A DNA stretch of 64,000 bases, from NCBI GenBank assembly GCA_963811325.1, contig CAWEQT010000001.1, positions 1,624,294 through 1,688,293 on the forward strand, in the 5' to 3' direction. Positions 1-8,737 of the stretch are shown here, piece by piece. The translations under genes and the position numbers were made by a program. This DNA comes from an uncultured delta proteobacterium (GTDB lineage Bacteria > Desulfobacterota > Syntrophia > Syntrophales > Smithellaceae). Position 1 is the stretch's first letter. Each line of letters opens with the position of its first letter. The notes beneath the pieces are model-generated. The model saw only the letters and a program-made list of their open reading frames with translations, was not told the DNA's origin and made no database searches.

Positions 1-229
1 TTTTATTTCTTGCGAGGGGTAAACGATAACCACTTATGTCGTCTCGTCTTTTACTGGAGTCATTCATTTTACACTTGATCTTTTAAGGGTGATAATCACC
101 ACGAAGACCCTGTGTTTTCTTTTTTATGTTAACATCCAGTAGAATAGACTCAATACGTGCATAGCAGTACCTCGTTTGCTTAGTTTATTTCTAGAAGAAC
201 GCTACAATGCATTATATTTATAATTTGAT

Positions 230-415
230 TTACTTTTTAAACTTTCTCCTGAATCCTGCCAACCTAACTGACCCAAGACCAAGAAGGAGCATTGTGGCTG
301 GCTCGGGAACCGCAGAAGTGCCAAGAGAGTCAACAGCATTCAGGTTTTGATCTCCTATTGTTGTTACCTTCTTCCATATGTGATTTCTTTGTTTAATCGT
401 AGTCTTTCGTCCCAT
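230..415 (-). CDS. PEP-CTERM sorting-signal protein, probably only a C-terminal fragment
   Basis: The 61-aa ORF ends in VPEPATMLLLGLGSVRLAGFRRKFKK: a PEP motif, a hydrophobic helix and a basic tail. It has no signal peptide and is too short for a full exosortase substrate. Confidence 0.5.
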   Translation of the reverse strand: MGRKTTIKQRNHIWKKVTTIGDQNLNAVDSLGTSAVPEPATMLLLGLGSVRLAGFRRKFKK

Positions 416-1039
416 AGTTTGCTGATTACGCTATCCAAATAATTCTTAATGCGATCCAGTACCCATAATACTCGACCTATTATTTTGATTTTTATCTTTT
501 TCACATCGCCCTCCTAAAATATAGACGACATCGTTACCGAAACTGAACAGAACAGTTATGGGTTTAGTCTGCACTTCGGTAATGTATCTTTGACTTTTCC
601 AATGGCTTGACAAGTCCCATATCTCTGCCCCTCCCGTTTCCAGGAGTATCGGATCTTGCAGACTTCACCAATGGGCAATCCCGTCATACTCTCTAAGTCC
701 TTAATGCGAATATCGGGGTTTTTGTCAAGCTTCCGCACGATGATTTCCTCTTGCTAACTCATCTTTTCACCCCCTGTATTTCTCACCCATGGTAAGAACC
801 ATGGTTTTAAAAAAAACAGCCGAATCGGGTTTAGTCGGAAAGCTCATGCATGCCGGTTCTACAAAGCGATGGAGACACAATGACCGCCCATATCAGGAAG
901 ATAAAACCTGTGAGAAAAATGCCGATCTTTCGTGAAGCTGTTTTATGCATCCTTAGATCCTCTCCCACATTATTTAAATTTAACTTTTGTTCTATATTAT
1001 CTAAAAGAAGCGGAACTGTAAATACCACCAAAAGAGTAT

Positions 1040-1566
1040 TTGAAGGATTATTCGGTAAAATACTCCTTTAGTATTACATATTTGGATCATGAAATTGAAA
1101 AGATCAGAAAACAAATTGACGATCTCATAAAACAAAATCCTCATCTTAAACAGAAGAAGGATTTGTTGGATTTTATTCCCGGGCTGGGTAAGGCAACCAT
1201 TCCTCACCTTCTGGCAAAATTGGATAATCTTGATAAATTTACCCATGTTCGAGAGATGGTGGCTTTTATCGAACTTGCACCATCGGACTTGCACCAAAGG
1301 AAATGATCTCAGGATCATCGATTAAAGACAAACCCAAATTGTGCAAAATCGGACATGCCAGGCTTAGAAAAGCGCTGTCTATGTCGGCGTTGGTCTCGAT
1401 TCAGTGCAATCCTGTTATGATTGCTTTTCATAATCGTCTGAAAGAAAGAGGCAAAAATGGCAAAGTTATTGTCTGTGCTATTATGCGAAAACTGGTTCAT
1501 GTCATCTTTGGAGTCCTGAAGTCAAGCAAAAAGTATGACCCAAATTATAAACCGGTTTTAGATTGA
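1040..1566 (+). pseudogene. IS110-family transposase, C-terminal half only, frameshifted
   Basis: Two adjacent ORFs in different frames (1040-1306, 1303-1566) together read like the Transposase_20 region: IPGLGKATIPHLLAKL..F....AFIELAP...SGSS.....I.K.G...LRKAL..A. The N-terminal DEDD catalytic domain is absent. Confidence 0.75.
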
Positions 1567-1771
1567 CAAGAACGGTACCTTCCCCCTGAAAATAGAAGTC
1601 TGATATATTGATATTATTCAACTCACAATAAAAGGTATCAATAAGGCTATTTTCATTCTCCTTTGTGACAGAATATTGTCATGTATGTTTCAATCCGTAA
1701 TATTCAATATATGGCTCTAACTTAACTTGTGGTAAAGTATTTGACATAAATCAATATGGGGATGATATAAT

Positions 1772-2704
1772 GTGAAAAATGGAGAAGTCAGCCGAACCGC
1801 CGAGTTCAACGCTCTATTCCGTGCCATTGAGTCGTCCCGCAAACCCGGTAGACGTCTTTTTGATGACCATCTCGCTGCCGGATTTCTAGGACGCCTGAAG
1901 TACGCCTACCTTTTGTCGCGAGTACCTTTAATAGGCCGGTTCATACCTTTTTATATAGACATGAAATGGCCGGGAGTCAGAGCCGCTCACATAGGCCGTA
2001 CCTGTTGGATAGACGAGAAGATTTGCAATGCGCTCAAGGAAGGTATTACCCAAGTAGTTATCTTGGGGGCCGGGTTTGACTGCAGGGCATATAGACTGCC
2101 CGGAATTAAGCTAACCCGTGTATTCGAGCTAGATCATCCAGGCACTCAAACCGTTAAGATCAAGCGTTTAAATCATCTTATAAATTCAATTCCGGATAAC
2201 ATAACCATGGTGGAGGTGGATTTTAATCGGCAGGACTTCTTGACGCCGCTGAAAAACTCAGGATTCGACCACTTAAAACCAGCATTTTTTCTCTGGGAAG
2301 GGGTGATGCACTATCTTTCAAAGGAGGCCGTAGACACTATCTTGAAATCCATAGCGTCACTATCAGCTCCCGGAAGCAAACTCTTGTTTACTTACATTCA
2401 CAGCGGTCTGCTTGACGGGTCGGTAAATTTCGGGGAGATGGGACGCGTACCCATCACTCTGCGAAAATCCGGCGAGGAATGGACATTTGGCCTATATCCC
2501 GAAGAGCTTCCCGGTTATTTGATTAAGCGCGGATTTATGCTCCTTGAGGATTTAGGCTCAACCGAGTACAGAGCACTTTACATGGGGGCTTCAGGACGTC
2601 ACTTGAGGGGTTTTGAGTTTTACAGGGTTGCGCTTACCGGGGTCAATGAGCGGCAAATAGCAAATAAACACTATTCACGCCCGACCAACAATGTATTAAT
2701 ATGA
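1772..2704 (+). CDS. class I SAM-dependent methyltransferase (LCMT / TIGR00027-like O-methyltransferase family)
   Basis: The N-terminus RTAEFNALFRAIES...DD.LA, the SAM-binding loop VVILGAGFDCRAY and the WEGVMHYL motif are typical of this family. The ORF starts on GTG. Confidence 0.75.
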   Translation: MKNGEVSRTAEFNALFRAIESSRKPGRRLFDDHLAAGFLGRLKYAYLLSRVPLIGRFIPFYIDMKWPGVRAAHIGRTCWIDEKICNALKEGITQVVILGAGFDCRAYRLPGIKLTRVFELDHPGTQTVKIKRLNHLINSIPDNITMVEVDFNRQDFLTPLKNSGFDHLKPAFFLWEGVMHYLSKEAVDTILKSIASLSAPGSKLLFTYIHSGLLDGSVNFGEMGRVPITLRKSGEEWTFGLYPEELPGYLIKRGFMLLEDLGSTEYRALYMGASGRHLRGFEFYRVALTGVNERQIANKHYSRPTNNVLI

Positions 2705-2787
2705 TGGTTAATAAGATAACAAAAAATAAAAATTGATATGGATAGGTTATCTTTCCTTTTGACTTATTTATGAGTTAGGCGAAAATA

Positions 2788-3498
2788 CTAACGCGGCATA
2801 AGGGCATGACGCGTATACAGAAGCGCAGCTTCGACTCGATTTTTGATATCGGCCTTCAGGAAGATGTTGCGCAGATGAGTCTTGACAGTCTTGGAGCTTA
2901 TGAAAAGCTTATCGGCGATCTCTTCATTGGTCATGCTGTGGCTGATTAGTTCCAGAATCTCCATCTCCCGCGAAGTAAGCGTGTCCAGTTTTGCCGAATC
3001 CAGTTCAGTGAGAGGTTGAATAACATCTCTTCTCTGTCTGAATTTTTTGAAGACTTCCTCGAAAACCAGTGTGGTCATCTCAGCTTCGAGCCAAATCTCT
3101 CCCCGAGCCACCAAGCGAATGCATTTAATAAGTAGATCTACACCCTGTGCGAATCGGAAAAAACCACGCACACCCCCCAGCATCATCGCCATAACGTTTT
3201 CCTCGTTGAAGCGTATACCGATGATGATGGTCTTCATGGTAGGCAATTCATCTTTATAATAGAGGATTTTTTCCAAATTCACGGCTACCACATCTCGCAA
3301 AATGGCCTGCTCAAAGAGGAAAACATCCGGCTTCTGCTCGATCATTTGGTTCATGAAGGCAAGAAACTGTTCCTCCTCGCTATCGAAATCTTTGATGATG
3401 ATGGTGCTTAGGAGACTGATATCTTTCTCCCTGTGCAGGTGATTTATAAGTTGCTGCAAATACTTTTCATCATGAGTGACTACGGCCAGCTTGATCAT
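2788..3498 (-). CDS. LuxR/NarL-type regulator with an atypical (pseudo-)receiver domain
   Basis: C-terminal LuxR HTH: LTSREMEILELISHSMTNEEIADKLFISSKTVKTHLRNIF. Start chosen at MIKLAVV (ATG preceded by GAGGT), not the long ORF start at 3663. The expected phospho-acceptor Asp position reads DVFLFEQ. Confidence 0.75.
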   Translation of the reverse strand: MIKLAVVTHDEKYLQQLINHLHREKDISLLSTIIIKDFDSEEEQFLAFMNQMIEQKPDVFLFEQAILRDVVAVNLEKILYYKDELPTMKTIIIGIRFNEENVMAMMLGGVRGFFRFAQGVDLLIKCIRLVARGEIWLEAEMTTLVFEEVFKKFRQRRDVIQPLTELDSAKLDTLTSREMEILELISHSMTNEEIADKLFISSKTVKTHLRNIFLKADIKNRVEAALLYTRHALMPR

Positions 3499-4058
3499 CT
3501 TATACCTCATGGTAATATTCATTTTGCCGGCATGCCGTCGGCAAAACTCAATCCAAAAAAAAACGCTATAACTTAAAATAGATCGTCTTATATACGCATA
3601 AAGTAGTATTTGCAGAATGTCAATTATTAATTGCTTGACGAATCGTAAACCTGTAGGATGCATTCTACTCTGCTAAGGGCTACGAGGCTAAGTTTCAAAC
3701 GGTTATCAATGATCAAAAATGGTACCTGCTGGAATGAATCAGGCTGTTAAAAAATATTACTTGACCTAAACACAGTTGCTATAAATAATATACGTAAAGT
3801 ATATTACCGACAGGGAAGTATATTATTTTAAAAAGAATGCAAAAAATTAATGGGCATTCGTCTGCCTCTGCTTTCCCATTGTTCTTCTACTTCGTAGCAC
3901 TCTTCTTACCGAACATTTCATAATCAGACAGAAACAACATGGGCGCCTAATTGAGGGCAAGAAAATAAAAAAGCGGGACTATAGCGGGACAAAGTGACCT
4001 GAAAAAATATTGCAAAATGCCTGTATATAGTTTTATTATTGTATGTATTTGATTTCAT

Positions 4059-4118
4059 TGGTGCTGGGGCGGGAATTGAACCCGCACAGCCTCAAGGACC
4101 GAGGGATTTTAAGTCCCA
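4059..4118 (-). pseudogene. orphan 3' fragment of tRNA-Leu(TAA): anticodon arm, long variable arm, T-arm, acceptor 3' strand and CCA
   Basis: The reverse complement reads TGGGA-CTTAAAA-TCCCT, a long variable arm, GCGGG-TTCAATT-CCCGC, CCCAGCA-CCA. Sequence where the D-arm and 5' acceptor strand should be has no complementarity to CCCAGCA. Confidence 0.7.
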
Positions 4119-4376
4119 ATTGCAAACTGTTCACTACTCTAAACATTAATGACTTTCAACCCATAATGAACATAAGTCAAGATCGACAGCCGCAGAAACA
4201 ACTTGACACTAGATCAAAAGAGATTGCTTAACGAACCGCAGACCTCAAGTATTCTTTGATTAAGATGGAAATAAATAATTCGCAACTCTTGAACTATAAA
4301 AGAAGCCATTAGGGTAGCATACAGGGTAGCACATAAAAATAAAGGGATCAGACGATTCGCCTAACCCCTTGATTTG

Positions 4377-4424
4377 TTTGGTGAGCCCTGTCGGAATCGA
4401 ACCGACAACCTAATGATTAAGAGT
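4377..4424. repeat. distal att repeat of element A (displaced tRNA-Lys 3' end)
   Basis: TTTGGTGAGCCCTGTCGGAATCGAACCGACAACCTAATGATTAAGAGT is identical to 11216-11263. Similarity ends inside the anticodon stem. Confidence 0.85.
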
Positions 4425-4577
4425 TATCAGGGCTTCGCTAATCCTTTTTACTTCCATATATTTACAAGAACAAAAAGTTGAACACTTAGCTTTTTAAAAA
4501 TAACATGCTTTATATGTAAACCACATCATGATACAAATACCTAACAATGGGAAAAAAATTCTTTTGGGGGGTTCACG

Positions 4578-5240
4578 ATGTGTGATTGTATTAGTATATT
4601 CCTTGCAAGAGCAGATTGGGCGGCTATTGGCACGATGATTATTGCCGCATTCACTATTTGTTTGTGGTGGTCTACTAAAAAATTGTGGGAATCCACTAAT
4701 ATAGCTGCCAAAGCTACTGAAAACGCCGCCAATGCTGCTAAAGACAGTGCCGATGTCGCTAAAAAAAGTGCTGAAGTTATCCCTGCAATTGAAAGAGCTT
4801 ATCTTTATGTCTCTTCTGTTAATATCGAAACGGAGAGTTGGATGCATGCCAAGTCCAACCAGATTCTCCCAATTAAGGTTAAAGTTAGTAATTATGGAAG
4901 AACCCCAGCCAAAGTGAAGGAGATTATCGCTATAATAACAATCGGCAAACCGGATGGTTTGGTCGTAAAACAAGAAATTTTCGACAATAATAAAGAAATT
5001 AGTGATGCTGCTGGCCGCTTCATAGCAAGAGATGCCGCTGAAGTGTTTTATCGCCCCGTCAATGATATTTTGCGTCTTATTAATGAAGGTTTTGAAAAAG
5101 GATATCCCGTTAGTCTTATCGGAGAAGTTAGGTATCAAGATATCTTCAAAAAAGATCAGACTGCTTTTTTCGACTGGTATTTTGTATCCATTCATGGAGG
5201 CTTCTACATCATTAACCCAGATGGTAACTATACAACATAA
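4578..5240 (+). CDS. hypothetical membrane-anchored protein (cargo of element A)
   Basis: 220-aa ORF with one N-terminal TM helix (WAAIGTMIIAAFTICLWW), an Ala/Lys-rich helical segment and a globular C-terminal region. A G-rich stretch lies 7 nt before the ATG. Preferred over the overlapping antisense ORF 4494-5267, which is low-complexity (F/I/S/N-rich). Confidence 0.5.
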   Translation: MCDCISIFLARADWAAIGTMIIAAFTICLWWSTKKLWESTNIAAKATENAANAAKDSADVAKKSAEVIPAIERAYLYVSSVNIETESWMHAKSNQILPIKVKVSNYGRTPAKVKEIIAIITIGKPDGLVVKQEIFDNNKEISDAAGRFIARDAAEVFYRPVNDILRLINEGFEKGYPVSLIGEVRYQDIFKKDQTAFFDWYFVSIHGGFYIINPDGNYTT

Positions 5241-5323
5241 AATAAGAAAAGGAATTAAGCGTTTCACTTTATCCCCCCTTTAACAAAGAGGGAGTAAAGT
5301 ATATAATTCCCATTTTTTAATAT

Positions 5324-6121
5324 CTATAATAGTCTCTCTTTATATGTTTTTAAGTCATCATCAGTCATTTCTTCAGGTGGAACAAGATGATAATGTTTTT
5401 CTGTTGCAATCCCAACTCCATTTTCTGTTTCTTCAAAAGAGAACATAGCGATTAGATTTTTTTCGATAAATTGCGTCGCTATTGGTCGGCAAATCAATAG
5501 AGGAAATTTAACTGCACACAAAGCAAAGTCTTGTTCTATCTGGACAATGCCAAGTTGATCTTTCCCACCTTTTGCTTGAACCGGAAAAATATATTGAGCA
5601 CCACGCTGATCAACGCCAACATATATTTCATCGGTTTCAACCTGTCCCATGCCTGGAACGGTCGTTCTTAAATGATTTTGAAGAGAGTAACAAGTAACAC
5701 CTGAAAATATATCTATAAGACGATTATATCGAAGTTTTGCAAGCAATCCTTGTTCATCAGTCATGGCATATTTTGCTATTATTCCTGGAGTTGAATCCGG
5801 AATTTTTGTTTCGACTAAAGAAGTGTTTGGAAGAATTCTCGGCATCGACGATAGAGCAAATTTATATTTTGCCTTTCCAACAGGTCTGATTATCCATTCT
5901 AATCCTTCAGGCGCATGTTGTTTTATGGCTTCCGGCAATGCGGCGCGATAGCGAAAACTGTAAACAACATCACCAAGATTTTTTGGTAACACTATCCCCA
6001 ATTTTTCTGCTGTTCGCGTAATATCAGTTCTTTCAAAAACAAATTCTCTTTTCTCCTTTCTATAATATTGATTGAAAATATCTTCGATAAGTTGAGCGTA
6101 ACGCCTTTTGTCATTTGCCAT
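5324..6121 (-). CDS. putative type II restriction endonuclease (PD-(D/E)xK-like)
   Basis: Lies immediately downstream (23-nt gap) of a DNA methyltransferase on the same strand. YVGVD...FPVQAKGG fits a D...(E/Q)xK nuclease core. Start taken at MANDKRRY, preceded by GGAGAG. No family recognised. Confidence 0.55.
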   Translation of the reverse strand: MANDKRRYAQLIEDIFNQYYRKEKREFVFERTDITRTAEKLGIVLPKNLGDVVYSFRYRAALPEAIKQHAPEGLEWIIRPVGKAKYKFALSSMPRILPNTSLVETKIPDSTPGIIAKYAMTDEQGLLAKLRYNRLIDIFSGVTCYSLQNHLRTTVPGMGQVETDEIYVGVDQRGAQYIFPVQAKGGKDQLGIVQIEQDFALCAVKFPLLICRPIATQFIEKNLIAMFSFEETENGVGIATEKHYHLVPPEEMTDDDLKTYKERLL

Positions 6122-6144
6122 ATTCTCTCCTATAATTAATGCGT

Positions 6145-7452
6145 TTAACCTGGCCAACGCAAAATAACTACTTCTTCTCGCATTTGCATTCTTGTGGTCG
6201 TAGATAATCTTGTTCTGAATAAATCTATATTGATAATTTCATAGCCTAGTGATTTGGCGATGTCAGCCAGTAACTCGCCAGTTTTAATTAATATTTGCAA
6301 ATATGAAGCTTGGTCTCCTACAACGTATCCAAGATATGCTCCGGTTTTTAAGAATGGTCTTAAATTAGACAAATGCCTTGCCATGCCACCAAAATAAAGT
6401 TTCGTAACTTTCCCATATAATTTTTCAAATCCAGATGTTTTTCCTAATTTGATTCTTTTTTTCTCGATATCATCAGCTATACGTTGAATTTCAACATTTT
6501 TTTCTATCCAAATATCGTCATCATCACCTTTATAAACGTTCCTGGTGTTTGATCGCAATAAGCCTCTTTTTAAAAGCTGTAATTCTTTCTTGTTATGGAT
6601 AAAGTCAAGCATGACCGATTCTAATCTTGTTGTTCTGGTGTAATCTTTTTCGTTTGGATAGGGCGGGGAAGTGAAAACTGCATCAATACTATTCGGTTTT
6701 AATATAGTAGATAAGTCCCTTGAATCATTATTATATATTATAGAATCAGTTTTATTATTAGACGCATTAGAAATGTCTTGTGCTATTGATTTTATTTCCG
6801 AAAGCCAACTTTCTATAACAGGAGCATCAATCTTTTTTTTACGTCGAACTCCCACTTCCGGACCGAAATGAAGATTGCTGATTGAAAATACAAGACATTT
6901 AGCAAATGCCAGAAGTTCATGATTATAAAAGGGAGAACTACTTTGTTTATCTATTTGTTCTTTTAGAAGAAGAGATTTATGTAAAGGTAGAGGGCTAATT
7001 GATTCTTTCAATAATAATTTATTTTGTTCTATTGGTAATGATTTTAGATTGTCGTAATTTAATTTGTTTTTATTTTTTTTGTTTGCATAATCTGCTATCT
7101 GTGTTGCATGCCTGATCAATTCATCTGCATCTAAATCCCAGTTAATTTTCACATTGCTTGCAAAATATGCCATCATATTTTGTTCAACTCCAATACCGTT
7201 AATACCGTGTAATTTTGCTTCTACAATCGTTGTGCCAGTCCCGCAAAATGGATCTAATATAGTTTGTCCATGCTTTAATCCGAATTTATTAATATAATCT
7301 CTAACAAGATGGGGAGGGAATGAAAGAACAAATCTATACCAATCATGGAATTGCCTATCATTATTATCAAGTTTATTAGCAACTCCATTTGATCTTGGAA
7401 TTTTAAACATATTAAAAATTTCAAGTAATGATGTTTGAACAGATGGATTCAT
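6145..7452 (-). CDS. DNA N6-adenine or N4-cytosine methyltransferase (N-4/N-6 methylase family)
   Basis: SAM motif I (ILDPFCGTGTT) is followed ~190 aa later by catalytic motif IV (FTSPPYPNEKDY). This order with a long intervening segment suggests an alpha-class arrangement. Confidence 0.85.
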   Translation of the reverse strand: MNPSVQTSLLEIFNMFKIPRSNGVANKLDNNDRQFHDWYRFVLSFPPHLVRDYINKFGLKHGQTILDPFCGTGTTIVEAKLHGINGIGVEQNMMAYFASNVKINWDLDADELIRHATQIADYANKKNKNKLNYDNLKSLPIEQNKLLLKESISPLPLHKSLLLKEQIDKQSSSPFYNHELLAFAKCLVFSISNLHFGPEVGVRRKKKIDAPVIESWLSEIKSIAQDISNASNNKTDSIIYNNDSRDLSTILKPNSIDAVFTSPPYPNEKDYTRTTRLESVMLDFIHNKKELQLLKRGLLRSNTRNVYKGDDDDIWIEKNVEIQRIADDIEKKRIKLGKTSGFEKLYGKVTKLYFGGMARHLSNLRPFLKTGAYLGYVVGDQASYLQILIKTGELLADIAKSLGYEIINIDLFRTRLSTTTRMQMREEVVILRWPG

Positions 7453-7721
7453 TGATATCTATTCGATGCCTTTTTCCATATTTATTTCAACTTTGATAAC
7501 ATAAAATAAAGAAATTAACAAAGCAATCTTAAAGGAATAAATTATTAAAGCGGTTCCGGCGAGAATGGGCTTCTGCTAAAAAGTAATTAGACGCGCTTTG
7601 CGCCTCCGTCGATCAGCCGTTTTTCAAATCCTGCGGCTTCCATATTTCGAAGTGATTTCTTTGTAAGTATCCTCTCCCTGTGCCTGCCTTACAGACCCTC
7701 TTTTAAAAAATTATCAATGTG

Positions 7722-7795
7722 CCAACACACACACACAACACGAGGTGGCGTAGAGCCAGCCGCTGTGATTGTGTGTGGGTGTGTGTGGTGTGAAG
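7722..7795. repeat. imperfect (CA)n / (TG)n inverted repeat flanking a GGCGTAGAGCCAGCC loop; candidate origin or regulatory hairpin of element A
   Basis: CCAACACACACACACAACAC ... GATTGTGTGTGGGTGTGTGTGGTGTG can pair in several registers around ~25 nt containing TAGAGCC. Non-coding, between the R-M module and the RHH-rep module. Confidence 0.4.
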
Positions 7796-7975
7796 TGTTG
7801 ATGTTTGCCTGTGGATGTTCCTATGAGTGAAAGAGTTGCACAAGGCTATGCTGAATTAATAACTAGGTTTGATGATATGTGGAACTAGTAAGGACATTTT
7901 AATTTCGTCTTGAAAATACAAAGCATTGATATTCATTAGTATTTTTTCAGCTATTAATTTTATTTTAAAAAAAGC

Positions 7976-8004
7976 TTGACAAGTAATTCAAAACCTAATA
8001 TGAT
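7976..8004 (+). promoter_or_regulatory. sigma70-like promoter of the element A RHH-rep-int module
   Basis: TTGACA (7976-7981), 17-nt spacer, TATGAT (7999-8004), ~48 nt upstream of the RHH start. ATTTAC repeats follow it. Confidence 0.55.
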
Positions 8005-8051
8005 TTACTTGCATTTAAATTAATGTAATTTACCAAAGGGGGATTAAAGTT

Positions 8052-8336
8052 ATGGTTAGACCAAAAGAAAAAGAACCGAAACATCAATTTTCAGTAATGC
8101 TGAAACCAAGCACAGTAGATGAAATCGACAAATTTGCCGATAAATATAATCTGACAAGAAGTCAGCTTATGGCAAATCTTATGGAAACAGGTTTGGACGA
8201 AATGAGGACTTTGGATAAAATAGGAATTGTTCCCCTTGTCTATCAGGGAAGCAATCTAATGAAAAAATTCAAAGAAAAATTGTTTAACGGTAAAGTTTCT
8301 GTAGATGAAAAAGGTGATATTAAAATTAATAAATAA
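8052..8336 (+). CDS. ribbon-helix-helix (CopG/Arc-like) regulator, element A
   Basis: N-terminal beta-strand plus two helices: HQFSVMLKPSTVDEIDKFADKYNLTRSQLMANLMETGL. Strong SD (AAAGGGGGA). A paralog occupies the equivalent position in element B. Confidence 0.75.
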   Translation: MVRPKEKEPKHQFSVMLKPSTVDEIDKFADKYNLTRSQLMANLMETGLDEMRTLDKIGIVPLVYQGSNLMKKFKEKLFNGKVSVDEKGDIKINK

Positions 8337-8345
8337 TTGAACTGC

Positions 8346-8377
8346 GGGGCTTAGGACGCGCCAACGTCCGAAGCCCC
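8346..8377 (+). other. GC-rich 13-bp hairpin between the RHH gene and the rep module (terminator/attenuator or origin hairpin)
   Basis: GGGGCTTAGGACG-CGCCAA-CGTCCGAAGCCCC has one mismatch and no trailing T-run. It stands out in AT-rich DNA. Confidence 0.4.
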
Positions 8378-8503
8378 TAACCACGTTCCATAGAGCAATT
8401 AGCTTCAAAGGCATAATGCACAGGACAGTGATCTTTGTTTACTATAGCATCACTGGTTATTCTGTCAACAAGCCTCTTATGGAACATTCAAAGGGGCTTT
8501 TTT

Positions 8504-8737
8504 ATGACAAAAGACAAAATCAAAATTTATGAAGCATTAAGGATTATTAACAAGGCATTTCCAGACGCCGAAATTGTAAAGCCTAACGGCTTACGGCAGA
8601 AATTAAGCGTCTATATGAGTATTGCTTTTGACGCGAAAACGCGTCAAGCGGCTGAACGTCAAAGCAAGAAAACATACCCACAACTAAGCTTTGAATTTAT
8701 GGAAGACTTTGCCGTTAAACAAAGGGGTGGCATATGA
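8504..8737 (+). CDS. hypothetical small protein, translationally coupled to rep (element A)
   Basis: Start taken at MTKDKIKIY, preceded by AAAGGGG. The stop overlaps the rep start in ATGA. Confidence 0.45.
   Translation: MTKDKIKIYEALRIINKAFPDAEIVKPNGLRQKLSVYMSIAFDAKTRQAAERQSKKTYPQLSFEFMEDFAVKQRGGI

Noticed and set aside
556-738. 60-aa ORF with a faint helix-turn-helix look (…IRIKDLESMTGLPIGEVCKIRYSW…)
   Set aside because: It is too short and too weak to call. The upstream in-frame ATG is followed by a stop after one codon, suggesting another decayed fragment in this degraded region.
4043-4231. 62-aa ORF overlapping the tRNA-Leu fragment
   Set aside because: The reading frame runs through tRNA-derived sequence (…GRELNPHSLKDRGILSP… is the translated T-arm and variable arm), so it is an artefact.
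4494-5267. 257-aa minus-strand ORF as the real gene
   Set aside because: The composition is heavily biased (F/I/S/N-rich) and it lacks a convincing SD. It is the mirror of a plus-strand ORF with a clean TM helix and a globular domain. Kept only as an alternative in the related finding.
7722-7795. CA/TG dinucleotide tracts as a simple phase-variation microsatellite controlling a gene
   Set aside because: The tracts are interrupted and arranged as an inverted repeat in non-coding DNA ~180 bp from the nearest promoter. No ORF or -10/-35 spacer would change with repeat number. Hairpin or origin explanations fit better, though length variation is still worth checking.
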